Made by a program: the position numbers and the translations under genes. A stretch of 63,803 bases of DNA, counting the filler, from Octopus bimaculoides (Eukaryota), in NCBI RefSeq assembly GCF_001194135.2. It is 7 parts of 6 records of this genome, joined end to end, with 100 filler letters (N's around TTAATTAATTAA, not from the genome) between each part and the next. Parts side by side here need not be neighbours in the genome. Positions count along the whole stretch, not along the records: positions 1 to 7,500 come from NC_068986.1; positions 7,601 to 17,188 come from NC_068998.1; 5 more parts are not named here. One strand, given 5' to 3'. Under the pieces are notes generated by a model that ran no database searches, was not told the DNA's origin, and worked only from the letters and a program-made list of their open reading frames with translations. This document shows, piece by piece, positions 1-12,961 of this stretch (position 1 is the first letter of the stretch; each line of letters opens with the position of its first letter).

Positions 1-426
1 CTGTTTAATAATGATTTTTTTCGGTGATTTTAAATGTCTTGCCCGCTTACGTTTTGGTATTCCGCTATATTTCATGTTGAGAACAATTTAGGTCTTAATA
101 GACACAAGATGTGATCTATTTCTAGCACATTGAATGTCCACGTTAGTGGTCAACGTTATATATAAAAATGTACTTTAATCCCCTGAGATTGCAGATACTG
201 TTTCTGAATCTCTTTGATTCTTTAAATGTGCTAGCTTCCTGGTAATTAATCGATATTAATTAATATATGATTTTTTACCCTATTTTTTAATATATATATA
301 TATAGATAGATAGATATAGATATATACTTATGTATATGTATATATATATGTATATATATGTGTATGTATATAGACACATGTATAGTCATATATATATATT
401 CATACACACACACACACATACACACA

Positions 427-489
<63 letters not shown>

Positions 490-1798
490 CTTGTGAGTGT
501 GTAGGAGTGTAGACTGTAAATATATATTGCTTTTATATTATTTTGCTTTTTACTGTTATTTTTGTTCTTTTAAGGTGGCGAATGTGGAGGCGCGTAGCAT
601 TGTGAGTAGGCTGTTGGACTCTTGATCATAAGATTGTGGCTTTGATTCCGGGACCGGGCGATGCGTTGTATCCTTGAACAAAACACATCATTTCATTGCT
701 CCGGTTCACTCAGCTGACAAAAATGAGTAATCATGCGACGGACTGACCTTCCGTTCAGGTGGGGAGTATATATGCCATAGAAACCTTGAAATCTGGCCTA
801 TGACTCTATATGATCGAGAAGAACCTTTACGTTTTTAAAGCGGCAAACTAGCAGAATCTTAAGAGCAGCGGACAAAACGCCCTGCAGTTTCTCCTCCGCT
901 TTTTTAGGTTCTCAGTTTAAATCCTACAGAATCAACTTTGCTTTTCATCCCTCTTGGGGGCGATAGAATAAAGAACCACACTATTATCTACCAACTGCTG
1001 ACTTTGTTTCTAAAGTAGAAAATTGTTTTTTTCATACATTTTCATTTTCACACATCCAACATACAATTTTATATAAAAATGATATTATATAAAAATATTA
1101 TATAAAAATGATATTATATTGCATATGCACAATCCATAAGTTTAATAATTAGATTAAAACACTAACCCAGGTGTTGCAATCATTAAGTCAATAGTTAACT
1201 TCCGATGTTCAAGTTCAAATTTCACTGAGTTAAAATTATAAATTTCACCAAACATACACCATAGTTATCCATACAGAAAAACCACTTCGGCTTAACACCA
1301 ACTGGTTTCATTTAAAAGTAAAGATTAACAAATATAACGTCACTTGACTAATTGAGCTAGTTGTAATACAGCAGTAAAAAAGGGAAGAATGAAAAATAAA
1401 CATGGTTTAACTATTGACCATAATAAATAATTCAGGCAGTTAATATTTTGCCAATAGTTTTAAGTGAATTCAGCAAATTCACCGATAGTTTTATGTGAAT
1501 TCCAAGCACTTTTTCTAAAGACTTTCGCATATTATTATATATCTATAAAATATTCCTTTGTAATTTATGTATTTATGCATATAAATATTTATACACCTCT
1601 TATAATACCATTTTATATATACATCTTAAATTAATGATTTGATTTTATCTCGTTTATTCATCTCAGCCTTTTTATTTGTCTTTATCTTTATTCACCTTTT
1701 ATATTACTTTCTGACACAAACGTTCAGTCCCCAATCCTCAATATGTCCAACATCTACTCTTATTATACATTATTCTGCCGCATTTAAAGCTGAATTTC

Positions 1799-1878
<80 letters not shown>

Positions 1879-2803
1879 CACACACATAAATTAGAGTACC
1901 GAAATACCACCTTGCTAGAAATAGGGGTTAACACTCCAAAGTCACAAATTTCTTACTATTAAGAAACACGCACGGCGAATGCAATAAACAGAATAAAAAT
2001 AAGCCTTACTTTCGCATAAACCACAAAGCAAGAACAGATATCTTGGTATCAATTTATTTCACTTTTTGAACGTTAGCTCTTAAGAATCATTAGCCAAGCT
2101 TACTGTATTCATCTATTTTTTAAAATATTAATTTTATCACACACATACAGACATACATCATACATACATACATCATACATACATAGATCATACATACATA
2201 CGTCATACATACGTACATCAAACATACATACATACGTGCGTGTACCTGTATTGTCAGAAATTTGCTTCTCAATCACGCAGTTCCGGGTTCAGTCTCTCTG
2301 CGTGACACCATGGGCAACGAGCGTCTTCTAGTATAGCTTTAGGGCCAATTAAATCTCTTCGTATGTGTGTGTGTGTGTGTGTGTGTGTGTCTGTGTGTGT
2401 GTGTGAGTGTGTGTGTGTATGTATGTGAGTGTGTGTATGATGGTGGTAAACAGTGATGTGTATAAATACAAACCTGTTCCCAGGTCAAGTACGCTTGAAG
2501 CATATTCGAAACGGTAGGAAAGTCATTAACTGTCTTTTATTATAGAGATATCTTGCGGTAGACAGATGAGTGTAAACATGCCGAATCAGTTGACAGCGTT
2601 CTCTAACCAGACTGTTACAAGCATGTATTTCCGAGTGATTAAGTTCTCTTGGGCAACAGAGACCGGAAACGCAGGGACTACGAAGAGGAGATAACCACTC
2701 CGAAATTCAAGCAACGATCTGTTTTTGACAAAATACAGTGAATGGCTTTCTTACAGATTCGAATGTGCCTGAAACATATTTCAACAGGTAACACGTTTTA
2801 TGT

Positions 2804-2836
<33 letters not shown>

Positions 2837-3991
2837 TGTGTGTGTGTTTATGAGTGTTTGTGTGTGTGCGTGTGTGCGTGTGTGCGTGCGTGTACGAGTG
2901 TGTGTGTTTATGTTTTCCCCCACCGTCTTGATTTATTTACAACTCCGTAATTTTGCGATTTTCGCACCAGAGATCAATAAAATACCTAGCTGCCTTTAAA
3001 AATATATACTTGGACTAAACCCTTCAAGACCGTGACCCAAAATGAATGCAGGCCAATGGCAGAAGTATGTACGAGATAAAAAAGATAAACATGTAAGAGA
3101 TGAAACATGTAAGTACATCCTTATATGTTATATGATATATATANNNNNNNNNNNNNNNNNNNNNNNNNNNNNNNNNNNNNNNNNNNNNNNNNNNNNNNNN
3201 NNNNNNNNNNNNNNNNNNNNNNNNNNNNNNNNNNNNNNNNNNNNNNNNNNNNNNNNNNNNNNNNNNNNNNNNNNNNNNNNNNNNNNNNNNNNNNNNNNNN
3301 NNNNNNNNNNNNNNNNNNNNNNNNNNNNNNNNNNNNNNNNNNNNNNNNNNNNNNNNNNNNNNNNNNNNNNNNNNNNNNNNNNNNNNNNNNNNNNNNNNNN
3401 NNNNNNNNNNNNNNNNNNNNNNNNNNNNNNNNNNNNNNNNNNNNNNNNNNNNNNNNNNNNNNNNNNNNNNNNNNNNNNNNNNNNNNNNNNNNNNNNNNNN
3501 NNNNNNNNNNNNNNNNNNNNNNNNNNNNNNNNNNNNNNNNNNNNNNNNNNNNNNNNNNNNNNNNNNNNNNNNNNNNNNNNNNNNNNNNNNNNNNNNNNNN
3601 NNNNNNNNNNNNNNNNNNNNNNNNNNNNNNNNNNNNNNNNNNNNNNNNNNNNNNNNNNNNNNNNNNNNNNNNNNNNNNNNNNNNNNNNNNNNNNNNNNNN
3701 NNNNNNNNNNNNNNNNNNNNNNNNNNNNNNNNNNNNNNNNNNNNNNNNNNNNNNNNNATATGATATAAACATACCCATATAAATACTGCATATCAATATA
3801 CTCACACATACACGTGTGTGTGTGCGCGCGCGCATATGATGGACTCTCAGAAAATCAATGTATAACTGTTCACTTTTTCTCGAACGACCTGCATAGATGA
3901 TTTGCTTATAGTGATAAAATGTATGTGCTGTACTTTAGCTCTCTTCCTCCCTCAAATCGACGATGCTTGGACAGGTGCACACCCTACTACT

Positions 3992-5052
3992 GGCTTGCGA
4001 AAGTTATGTCCTCCAAATAATTCTATAAACTATGAAACAAATGGTAGTCTGAAGGAGCAAGGTCGGGAGAATAAGATGAATGAGGAATTTTTTCCCAACT
4101 AAGCTCTTCGATCTTCTATGATGTGATCTTTGCAGTGTGGGGTCGTGCATTTTCCTCATGAAACATCTCTCCTTTTCGGTTCACTAAAGCGGGTCTTTTT
4201 TACCTTCAAAGCTTCGTTCAAACGCTGTAATTTCTGACAGTAGACGTGAGCATTGATTGTTGCATTAGGTGGTAACAATTCAAAGTGAATTGCTCCCACC
4301 AGATAGAGAGAATAACCTTTTTCCTATGAAGTTCCCTTCTCGGTTGTGGTTGAGCTTTTTTCCTTTTACCAAGCCACTGTTTACGACGTTTAACATTTCG
4401 AAAGAAGATCCATTTTTCCTCACCAGTCACACGTCTATCCAAAAAGAGTGAAATGAGTTCGCGAGAATGGAGAAAAGAGCAGATGTCAACTCAGGATTTG
4501 CAGTTGCTTTCGAACAATTCATGAGGCATCCATTTTCCAAATTTAGGAACGTTTCCAAGTTGTTGAAGATGACGATGAACAGTTGTATGATTTGAACTAA
4601 GCTTTATTCTTCAACTGATAATGCAGGATTTTCTTCAAGTAATGCCTCAAGGAGCTTATCAAACTCAACTGGACGTCCTGTTCGATCTTCACCTTCAAGG
4701 ATGAAATCTCCACTTCTGAATTTTGCAAACCATCTTCTGCAAGTTCTTTCATTCAAGCATTCTTTTCTATAAACTGAGTGTATGTTTCTAGTCGCTTCGG
4801 CTGTAGAGTTTTCTTTTTTGTACTCAAAGCATTATGTGCCTCAAATGCTCTTTGGATACTTCCATGTTAGAAAGGGTTTTAATCAAAAGCATTTCAATTC
4901 TATTATTCTGTAAAATAATATTTAATTAGTTTAAATGTATGCAAATGCATAAAAATAATTTTTACTTCCATTAGACATTCTAAAATACTATTAAATTTCA
5001 TTCAATTTTAAAGAAAGGTAAAATCAGACAAAACTTATGGGACGACCTGATA
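3992..5052 (-). mobile_element. Decayed mariner (Mos1-like, DD34D) transposon, 3'-truncated
   Basis: ATG at 4865: MEVSKEHLRHIML...RRWFAKFRSGDF...EDRTGRP. Also VTGEEKWIFF...KKVILSIWW, HEENARPH and YSPDLAPSDYHLF (4044-4073). 5' TIR tatcaggtcgtcccataagtt ends at a TA near 5052. Stops and frameshifts present. Confidence 0.93.
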
Positions 5053-6056
5053 TATAAATATTCACGCATATGTAATGAATCCAAATTTGTATTAAATCTA
5101 ATTTTGATGCAACATCCTTTTCTCCTCCATTTTTATATAATTGTTTATGGTATATTTGTACCTATGACGATATTTTCCAACTACTATTTTCATAGTAATA
5201 ACAATAATATCTCTCAAGTTTAAAATGAATAATTTTACTTTTTCTTTATTTCAATCTTTATAGATAGGTCAGTGATGGCCATCATGGTCATATGACTTAC
5301 CTTGTTGTTTTAAGAGAGAATAAGATTTTATATGTTGACTAACGTAGCTCGCGTTGTATTTTTCAACAAATTTAATGAACGTTTCGGCAGAGTATTTTAA
5401 ATTGCACCTTTAAATACAGATAAATAATTTATGGCTGTGTATGTGTCCTACACTGTCCTTTGCTCTCTCTACCCTTTATAATCACAGTACACTTTAATAA
5501 TAAAACGAGTAGAAGGACGAATAGAAATGATACTTACCTTCAATTTGGATTGAAGTAATTCGATTTTTTAAAAAATTATTTCAATGTGAAATAAAGTAAA
5601 TATAAAAGTAAGTGCATGAAAAAAACCTTTGAAATACACTATTTTCCAAGACGCTACTTTTTTTTTTAAATGATGGACAATCTAGACCTCATTAGCGTAT
5701 ATTCATACTATTAGATTATGAGAGTAACAACTCGTTTACATAGGTCAATAAAATGACATTCATAGAAACATAAAAATAAAACAGAACAATCAATTTAGAA
5801 GGCTGTTAGAAAGGCAGACGGAATACAGACGAAAAACAACACAAAAAACAACAACAAAAATGTTACTGCTAACATAAAAGTGTCAATAGAGAAATTGCTT
5901 CGATTACGGAAGAAAGGTGCCTTGATAACTGTTAATGATGTTGACTGTTATGTTGAGATACTACAATATAGGACAGATCTTAAACCGTGACGAATTAGAC
6001 AGGTATTTAAATGGAGTCAATAAAATTCTAAAAGTGAATTTCTTTTGCTGCTGCTG

Positions 6057-6124
<68 letters not shown>

Positions 6125-6143
6125 TTTGCAAAGGTCAATTAAA

Positions 6144-6335
6144 AAGACACGGGCGAAACAAATTGAGGAAGACCTGAAATCGCAGTGCCTCGACCTCGAT
6201 CATGCTAAAAGTCCACCGCCATAGTTCGGAACGCGTGGAAGAACGTCATCACCAGAGTTCGTCATCCAGCGGCACCCTTAGCAGCGTATTTGGTTAAGAG
6301 GGGAGCCTCCTCCTGCGGTTGCCAGCTAGCGGTTT
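6144..6335 (+). mobile_element. RTE-like LINE 3' fragment with (CTA)n tail
   Basis: Reads TRAKQIEEDLKSQCLDLDHAK...RNAWKNV, the typical RTE C-terminal pattern. (CTA)n tracts lie on both sides (about 6057-6121 and 6337-6364). Confidence 0.5.
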
Positions 6336-6367
<32 letters not shown>

Positions 6368-6739
6368 TCTCGTATTCGCATGCTTATATCTATATATACC
6401 CACATACACAGATACATATTGAAAATTCATGTTTTTTTTGTCAATGAATGAGGAAGCGAGTACTTAATATATATCATTTAAACGAATTTTACACCACAGT
6501 GACTATGAGATGAGCTTTCGCTATTTATAACAGATAAAAATACAAGCCCGACGATTTTGTATATCATGTATTCATTGGCAGCATATTAAATGCTTTGAAA
6601 ATTAAAAGATAAATTAAGTTAGCCAACAACTTTTAACTCTTATACTGTGGAAAGTAAATAAATATAAACTGTCTTTTTCACTAGGAAAAATGTAATACAT
6701 GTACTATACACACGGACATACAACAAATGAAGATATGTA

Positions 6740-6740
<1 letters not shown>

Positions 6741-6805
<65 letters not shown>
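6741..6805. repeat. (TTA)n/(TAA)n microsatellite at the 3' end of the R4/Dong element
   Basis: About 21 perfect TTA units. Confidence 0.95.
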
Positions 6806-7500
6806 TTATGTTTGACTTTTGCTTTGCATTTGTACAAGTTGGATCCAAGTCTCACCCAGAGACCTCAAGAGACAAGTTAGAAGTTCATGTAGGTGTTATG
6901 CCTAGGGTACCATATATTTCGATTTGTACATAGTGTTGTTATAGAGAATGTTTAAGAAACCATAAGAAAATTATCTGTTTGTTTTAAAATTTGAGATCAC
7001 ATAGACAGTATACTACGTAGGATATGAGCAGTTCCCATGAACACTATCTTTTGAACTTCAGCCATTTTGGGGTTTCCTGGTATCTGAGTTAGGTAGTAAT
7101 CAGCCTGTTTCGCTGTCATTCCCAGGGCACCTATGTTTTAGTCTTCAGATTCCACATTTTGCTAATTTCTATTTCAAGATCTTTATATTTGCTCAGTTTT
7201 TGGTAGGTCTTGACAGATACGTTTATATGGATTGGGACAATCATATCAACGAGGAGGCATGATTTTTGTCTGAAGCCTTTCAGTATGATGTCTGGCCTAT
7301 TTGCATCTATCTTTCTGTCAGTTTGAATGGTGAAGTTCCAGAGGAGTGCAATGTGATCATTTTCAAGTACTGGGGGTGGTTTGTGTTCCCATCAGTTTTT
7401 ATCATGGGGCAAGTCCAGGTTTTTGCAAATTACCCAGTGAATATATTGTGCAGCTCTATCATGCCTGTTGAGATACTCTGTAGGCGCAAGCAGACTGCAC
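6806..7500 (-). mobile_element. R4/Dong-clade non-LTR retrotransposon 3' end (REL endonuclease) abutting a (TAA)n tract
   Basis: Minus translation CSLLAPTEYLNRHDRAAQYIHW...LLWNFTIQTDRKIDANRPDIIL...KYKDLEIEISKMW...IGALG...GTAHILRSILSM* (stop about 6997). Short 3'UTR, then (TAA)n. Cut off by the gap at 7501. Confidence 0.88.
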
Positions 7501-7600
7501 NNNNNNNNNNNNNNNNNNNNNNNNNNNNNNNNNNNNNNNNNNNNTTAATTAATTAANNNNNNNNNNNNNNNNNNNNNNNNNNNNNNNNNNNNNNNNNNNN

Positions 7601-7639
<39 letters not shown>

Positions 7640-9074
7640 CTTTATTTCATTTTGAGTGACAGAATACATTGCATAATGTTTTAACAAGAGAAAGTGTAAT
7701 ATACTTTAGCCATAAGATTTACTAACAGATAATGGGAAAGAGAGATAAGAGATTGGAGATAGAGAGTGACAGATAAAGAGAGTGAGAAAGAATGACATTT
7801 TTAATCCTTTGCTAGAGAGATAGTCCAAAGAATTTTAATGAAAGAAAGAAGCCCCACAAAAACCTTGCTGCTTCATGATGAATTTATGTTTCCTATTTGG
7901 TGATGTTGATATTACAACAGGTCAAAGACTGGAATATATTGCTCTCGTGTAGGATCTGGATTATATTGGAATGTTACAGAAGAAAAGTTTTGGCAGATTA
8001 ATACAATATATTATGCGATTGGCTTAAAGGAAATTATTATTATTATCATCATCATCATTATTATTATTATTAATAATAATAATAATAATAATAATGATAA
8101 TAATATTAGTAATAATAATAATAATAATAGTAATAGGAACAGTAATAATAAGACTAGTAGACACAGCAGGGAAATATTTCTTGTTCCAACTGTTTCTTTC
8201 CAAGTTGTAGAATAAATGGTATCAATGACTTAAATGTTTAAATCAGTAAAAGAAAAATTGTATGACATGATGGTGTTGCAGTCTATCCAGTAGGTAATTT
8301 ATTATATTGTACTGATTAGAAATGTTGTTGCTCTTGTTTGTATTGTTGTTTAGACCCAAGTCCACCCTGAATTTGCACATTTATAAACCAAGACATTATA
8401 GCCACAACCATTCCATATTTTTAGTTATCTTTTTTTCTGTTTATTATTATTATTATTATTTTTTTTTATTAAAACAATAATGTACAGGACGACACTATGT
8501 AATATGTCCTTCTTTATTTAGTTGGTAATGTGAAATTTCAGAATGATTTGGTTGCTATATCTATGAGGTCAACCTGTTACACCCAGACTTTCATGGGTGT
8601 AGCTGCTGTAATGAAATTTATATATTTTTAAGCAAAATTATTCCTGACATATTGTAGGTGAATGACAGAACTGGTAGAGCATTGACTAAACTATCATGTG
8701 ATATTCAGTTACAACTCTTCGTATTTATGCTCTGAGTTCAAGTTAACCTTTCACCCTTCCAAGGTCAATAAAATTAAAATACAAAAGCTGAGTCCTGTGG
8801 TCAGTATAATCAACTGCATCCAGTGTTGGATTAACCATTGAGTTCACAGGTCAAAGAAATAAGTACTTGTGGAGCACTAGGGTCAATATAATTAACTTAA
8901 CCCCTCCTTTGAATTTGCTGGCGTTGCACCAAAATTTGAAATCGGTATTAATCATTGGTAAGGTGGCAAACTGGAAGAATAGTTAGCACTCCAGGTGAAA
9001 TGTTTAGCAGCATTTCATCTGCCAAGGTCGACTTTGCCTTTCACCCTTTTGGGGTTGATGAAATAAGTACCTGT

Positions 9075-9510
9075 AGAGCATTAGACGATAGACGAATGTT
9101 GAGGTGGTTTGGCCACATGGAGAGGATGGATGAGGATTGGATGGTAAGGAGGGTGAAGGCAGATGTGGTTATCAGCAGAACCAGAGGCAGACCTTGGTCT
9201 TTGTGGATGAATGGAGTGAGGAAAGCTTTGGTGGTTAGAAGTGTTGGAGTGAGAGAGGCAAGAGAGTTTATAAATGATAGGAAAGCTTGGAGAGTGCTTG
9301 TGGTTAGATGAGTGAATTTTGATGTGGCTCAAAGGGGTATAGAACCAGCATGATGCAGCAGGGGTAAACCAGCATATGCTGTTGGGCCCCGCTACAGATA
9401 TTAGGGGTTGCGTTCCATACCCTGACCCAAGAATGGAATGGGGCTTGCCTCTTTGAGCTGGGAAATGAATGGAATGCCTGGTGTGTGCCTTGAGGTGGCT
9501 ACCCACTCCT
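9075..9510 (+). mobile_element. RTE-clade LINE 3' fragment
   Basis: RRMLRWFGHMERMDEDWMVRRV...RTRGRPW..WMNGVRKAL...DRKAWR is the characteristic RTE ORF C-terminus. Confidence 0.8.
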
Positions 9511-9545
9511 AAACAAATGGGGAATATGTCTGGGTATATATATAA

Positions 9546-9776
9546 TATTGGGCTGTCCGGAAATTTCGTGCTGATTTATAGTAGCTTACCTTTCAATTTA
9601 TTTTTGCCATGAAACCACCTCAATTCTGGGAAGAGGGTATTTTCAAGTTAAAGGAAAGATGGAGACGCATTGCGCAACAAAATGGTTCATGTTTGGTTGA
9701 TTAAAAATGTAATGGCAAGTATTTATTGACCTTTTTCTTTCCTTTAAAAATCGGCACACACTTTCCGGACAACCCA

Positions 9777-9779
<3 letters not shown>
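9546..9779 (+). mobile_element. Internally deleted mariner (MITE-like) with both TIRs
   Basis: 30-bp TIRs ttgggctgtccggaaatttcgtgctgattt and aaatcggcacacactttccggacaacccaa. The interior keeps the transposase C-terminus KPPQFWEEGIFKLKERWRRIAQQNGSCLVD*. Confidence 0.85.
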
Positions 9780-9816
<37 letters not shown>

Positions 9817-11142
9817 CACTAGAGTAGTGGGGTCGATAGAATTGACTAGCCCCCTCCACCAAAATTCCAGGCCATGTGCCTATAGTAGAAAGGCATATTA
9901 ATCAATGGTACTTGTAATACTACAACGGTCAAATCCAATCAACTTATTCCTCGGCCTATTCTCTTTGCCCATTTTTATTCCCACCTCCACACATAATGTC
10001 TCTTACATAATAATTAAAAACCATTAATAACCTAGTTGATAATGATTCTTATGTTCTCCTAAAGATTTGTTGCATTTTTTATTCTTTACTTTGTTTATTT
10101 TTTTTTAAATATATTTTTGTTTGAAGACGTATTTTTCTACGTTTTTTTTGTTTTATTTTTAAAAAATTTTCTTTATGTGAGGAACGTTTATGTTGTATAA
10201 GCCATGAAACACCTTTTGTAGCTATTTTATTATTGTTCCCCTCCCTTCCCACTCCATTACCACTACCACCACCACTACCACAGAAACAACAACAACAATA
10301 ACAACAACAGATATTTAAAATATAATTAATCCTTTATGAACCTCAATGGGCTTCATTGCCTAAACCTCATGCATTATTGATATGGTTTATACTATGAAAT
10401 CAAAACGTTAATAAACAGAAACAAAACATAAGACAATCTATATTTTATTGCCTTTTCTCATGTTGCTGCACTAACTTTCCAGAGATTTATTCATTATTTA
10501 TTCATTATTAAGGCAACAGCAGCCACACAAGGACAACAATTTACTTCTCAGGTGTTGTTTTTCTTTTATTCCTTATTCTCCAATTTAGCACCATTACTGG
10601 ATTAACCTCATGTATCATCTGCACCACCTCCACCGCTACAGCCACTACCACCTCCACCACCGCTACCATCACTTTGTATAATGATCTCCTCTTTCTTTGT
10701 CTTTACTAGTGGAACAGACTTCTATCTGTTTCCTTTCTATCTCTCATAAGAGTAGCCAAGGAAAATAATCTTTGTGATGGTGGTGGTGGTGGTGGTCGTC
10801 GTGGTGTCATCAGTGCTGTTGTTGTGGAGGAGGAGGAGGAGGAGGAGGAGGAAGAAGAAGAGGGGGATGCCTTTAAATCATTACATGATTGATTTTAATA
10901 TGTAATAAGGTTGTTACATACCCAGCCACTCATCTGTCACTTACATTATAAGAAACACAGTTCGAATTCTGATGGCATATGGGCAAAAATGATTGATGGA
11001 CACTCAACTGAAATTGAACCTTCCTCTGTGCCATGTCACATATTGTCTGGTGGGTGGTAAATTAATGGTGTGCAAAATAAAACGCTATCGGAATCTCAAG
11101 GAAATATCTGTAGTGAGGTTTGAACTAATAGCTCATAAACAC

Positions 11143-11885
11143 ACATCATCATCATCCTTTAACGTCTGTTTTCCATGCTGGCATGGGTTGGATGGTTTGA
11201 CAGAAAACTGGTAAGCGGGAGAGCTGCACCATGTTCTAATCTGATTTCACATGGTTTCTATGGCTGGATTCTCTTCCTAGTACCAACCACTCCAAAGAGT
11301 ATAGTGGGTGCTTTTTACACACCACCAGCATGGGTGCCAGTTACGTAACACCAGCATTGGCCATGACAGGTCTTCTCAAGCATGGCATATTGCCAGCGGT
11401 TTTGATCACTGCCTCTGTGAAGCTTAACGTTTGAAAGGTGCTTTTTACATGCCACCAGCACAGGTACCAGTTAGAAAGCACTGGCATTGGCCATGACTAT
11501 GCTTTCACTTGGCTTGATGGGACTTCTCAAGCATGGCATATCACCAAAGGTCTCAGCCATGTGTCACTGCCTCCGTGAGGCCCAACATTCAAAAGGTGCT
11601 TTCTACATGCCACCAGCACAGGTGCCAGTTATGCAACACTAGCATTGGCCACAACTATGATTTCACTTGGCTTGACAGATCTTCTTAAGCACAGCATATT
11701 ACCGAAGGGCTCGGTCACTTGTCACTGCCTCCATGAGGCCCAACGTTCAAAAGGTCATTTTTGCATGTCACCACTACAAGAGTCAATTATGCAACACTGG
11801 CATTGGCCATGACAATGCTTTCATTTGGCTTCAGGGGTCTTCTCAAGCATGACAATGGTCAGTTGTCATTGCCTCCATGAGGCCC
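11143..11885 (-). mobile_element. Non-autonomous retroposon with an RTE-type (TGA)n 3' tail and an internal ~158-bp tandem array
   Basis: Tail tcatcatcatcctttaacgtctgttttccatgctggcatgggttgg. The unit marker aaaggtg(c) recurs at 11434, 11592 and 11750 (158-bp period). A related copy lies in the opposite orientation at about 28770-29155. Confidence 0.7.
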
Positions 11886-12862
11886 GTATTATGGTACTCT
11901 ATAAGGTAGCAAGCTGGCAACATGGTTAGTCTGCTGGAAAGAATGCTTAGTGGCATTTCATCCATCTTCAAGTTCTGAGTTTACATTCCAGCAAGATTAA
12001 CTTTGTCCTTCCTCCTTTTGCTGTCGATAAGTACCACTCAAATACTGGGGTTGATGTAACTGACTTATCCTATCCCTCCAAATTCCTGGTCTCATGCTGA
12101 AATTTGAAACCATTGTTATTGGACTCTATACAGTTTCTCAGCCTGCTAATAATAGCAGATAACTATCCCTCAAATCATACCCTAGTGTCTTAAAACGACT
12201 AGACATCTGGGATAATGTACATGGCTGTGTGGTAAGAAGTTTGCTTCCTAACCATATTGTTCTGAGTTCAGTCCTACCGTGTGGCACTTTGGGAAAATGA
12301 CTTTAGCTATAGCCTCAGTCTGACCAAAGCTTTGCGAATGGATTTGGTAGGTGAAAACTGAAAGAAGCCCATCGTGTATGTGTGTGTGTGTGTGTCTGTT
12401 TCTTCATATCACTGCTTGATATCTTATGTTAGTGCGCTTACATCCTGGTAACTTAGCAGTTCAGCAAAAGAGTCCGTAGGCTAAAACATATAAATGCTAA
12501 GGTCTATTTGTTCGACAAAAGTTTTCCAAGGTGGTGCCCCAGCATGGCCACAGTCTAACAACTGAAACAAGTAAAAGATTAAAAAGTAAAAGATATTAAA
12601 AGCATAAGACAGGATTACCCTAACAGGAACATTTCTGACCACTGGTCATTTGGATAAGAACTGACATGGGACTAAGCAACAATACATATTTAAAAATAAT
12701 TAATCTTTTTATGTATTGCAATGTTCATAGTGTCAATGTAGAACTTGTAATTTCTGCTGTGAAGAAATCAGCAAATAGATCTACTTCTAAACAGACAGCT
12801 ATTTCTGAATTATTCCCAGAAGTCTGGCATTTGTTCCTGACAGCTGGGTTGGGTTGGTAGAG

Positions 12863-12961
12863 CTAATCTGTCATCCAGCCGAACACCACCCTCTCCACCT
12901 CCTCTTTGGGTTCCTTTGGTGAAATCCATTCTGTTGTAAAGGTTTGGATTAGATCGTTGGT
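12863..12961 (-). CDS. Putative terminal coding exon (minus strand), unidentified
   Basis: Acceptor atttattctcag|, phase 0: TNDLIQTFTTEWISPKEPKEEVERVVFGWMTD*. Protein-like composition. Linkage to the 29-30 kb exons is not shown. Confidence 0.38.
   Translation of the reverse strand, partial: TNDLIQTFTTEWISPKEPKEEVERVVFGWMTD

Noticed and set aside
2757-2787. 31-nt AG/GT-flanked + strand microexon candidate
   Set aside because: The frame that would join the phase-0 PTK7 exon contains a stop; no other support.
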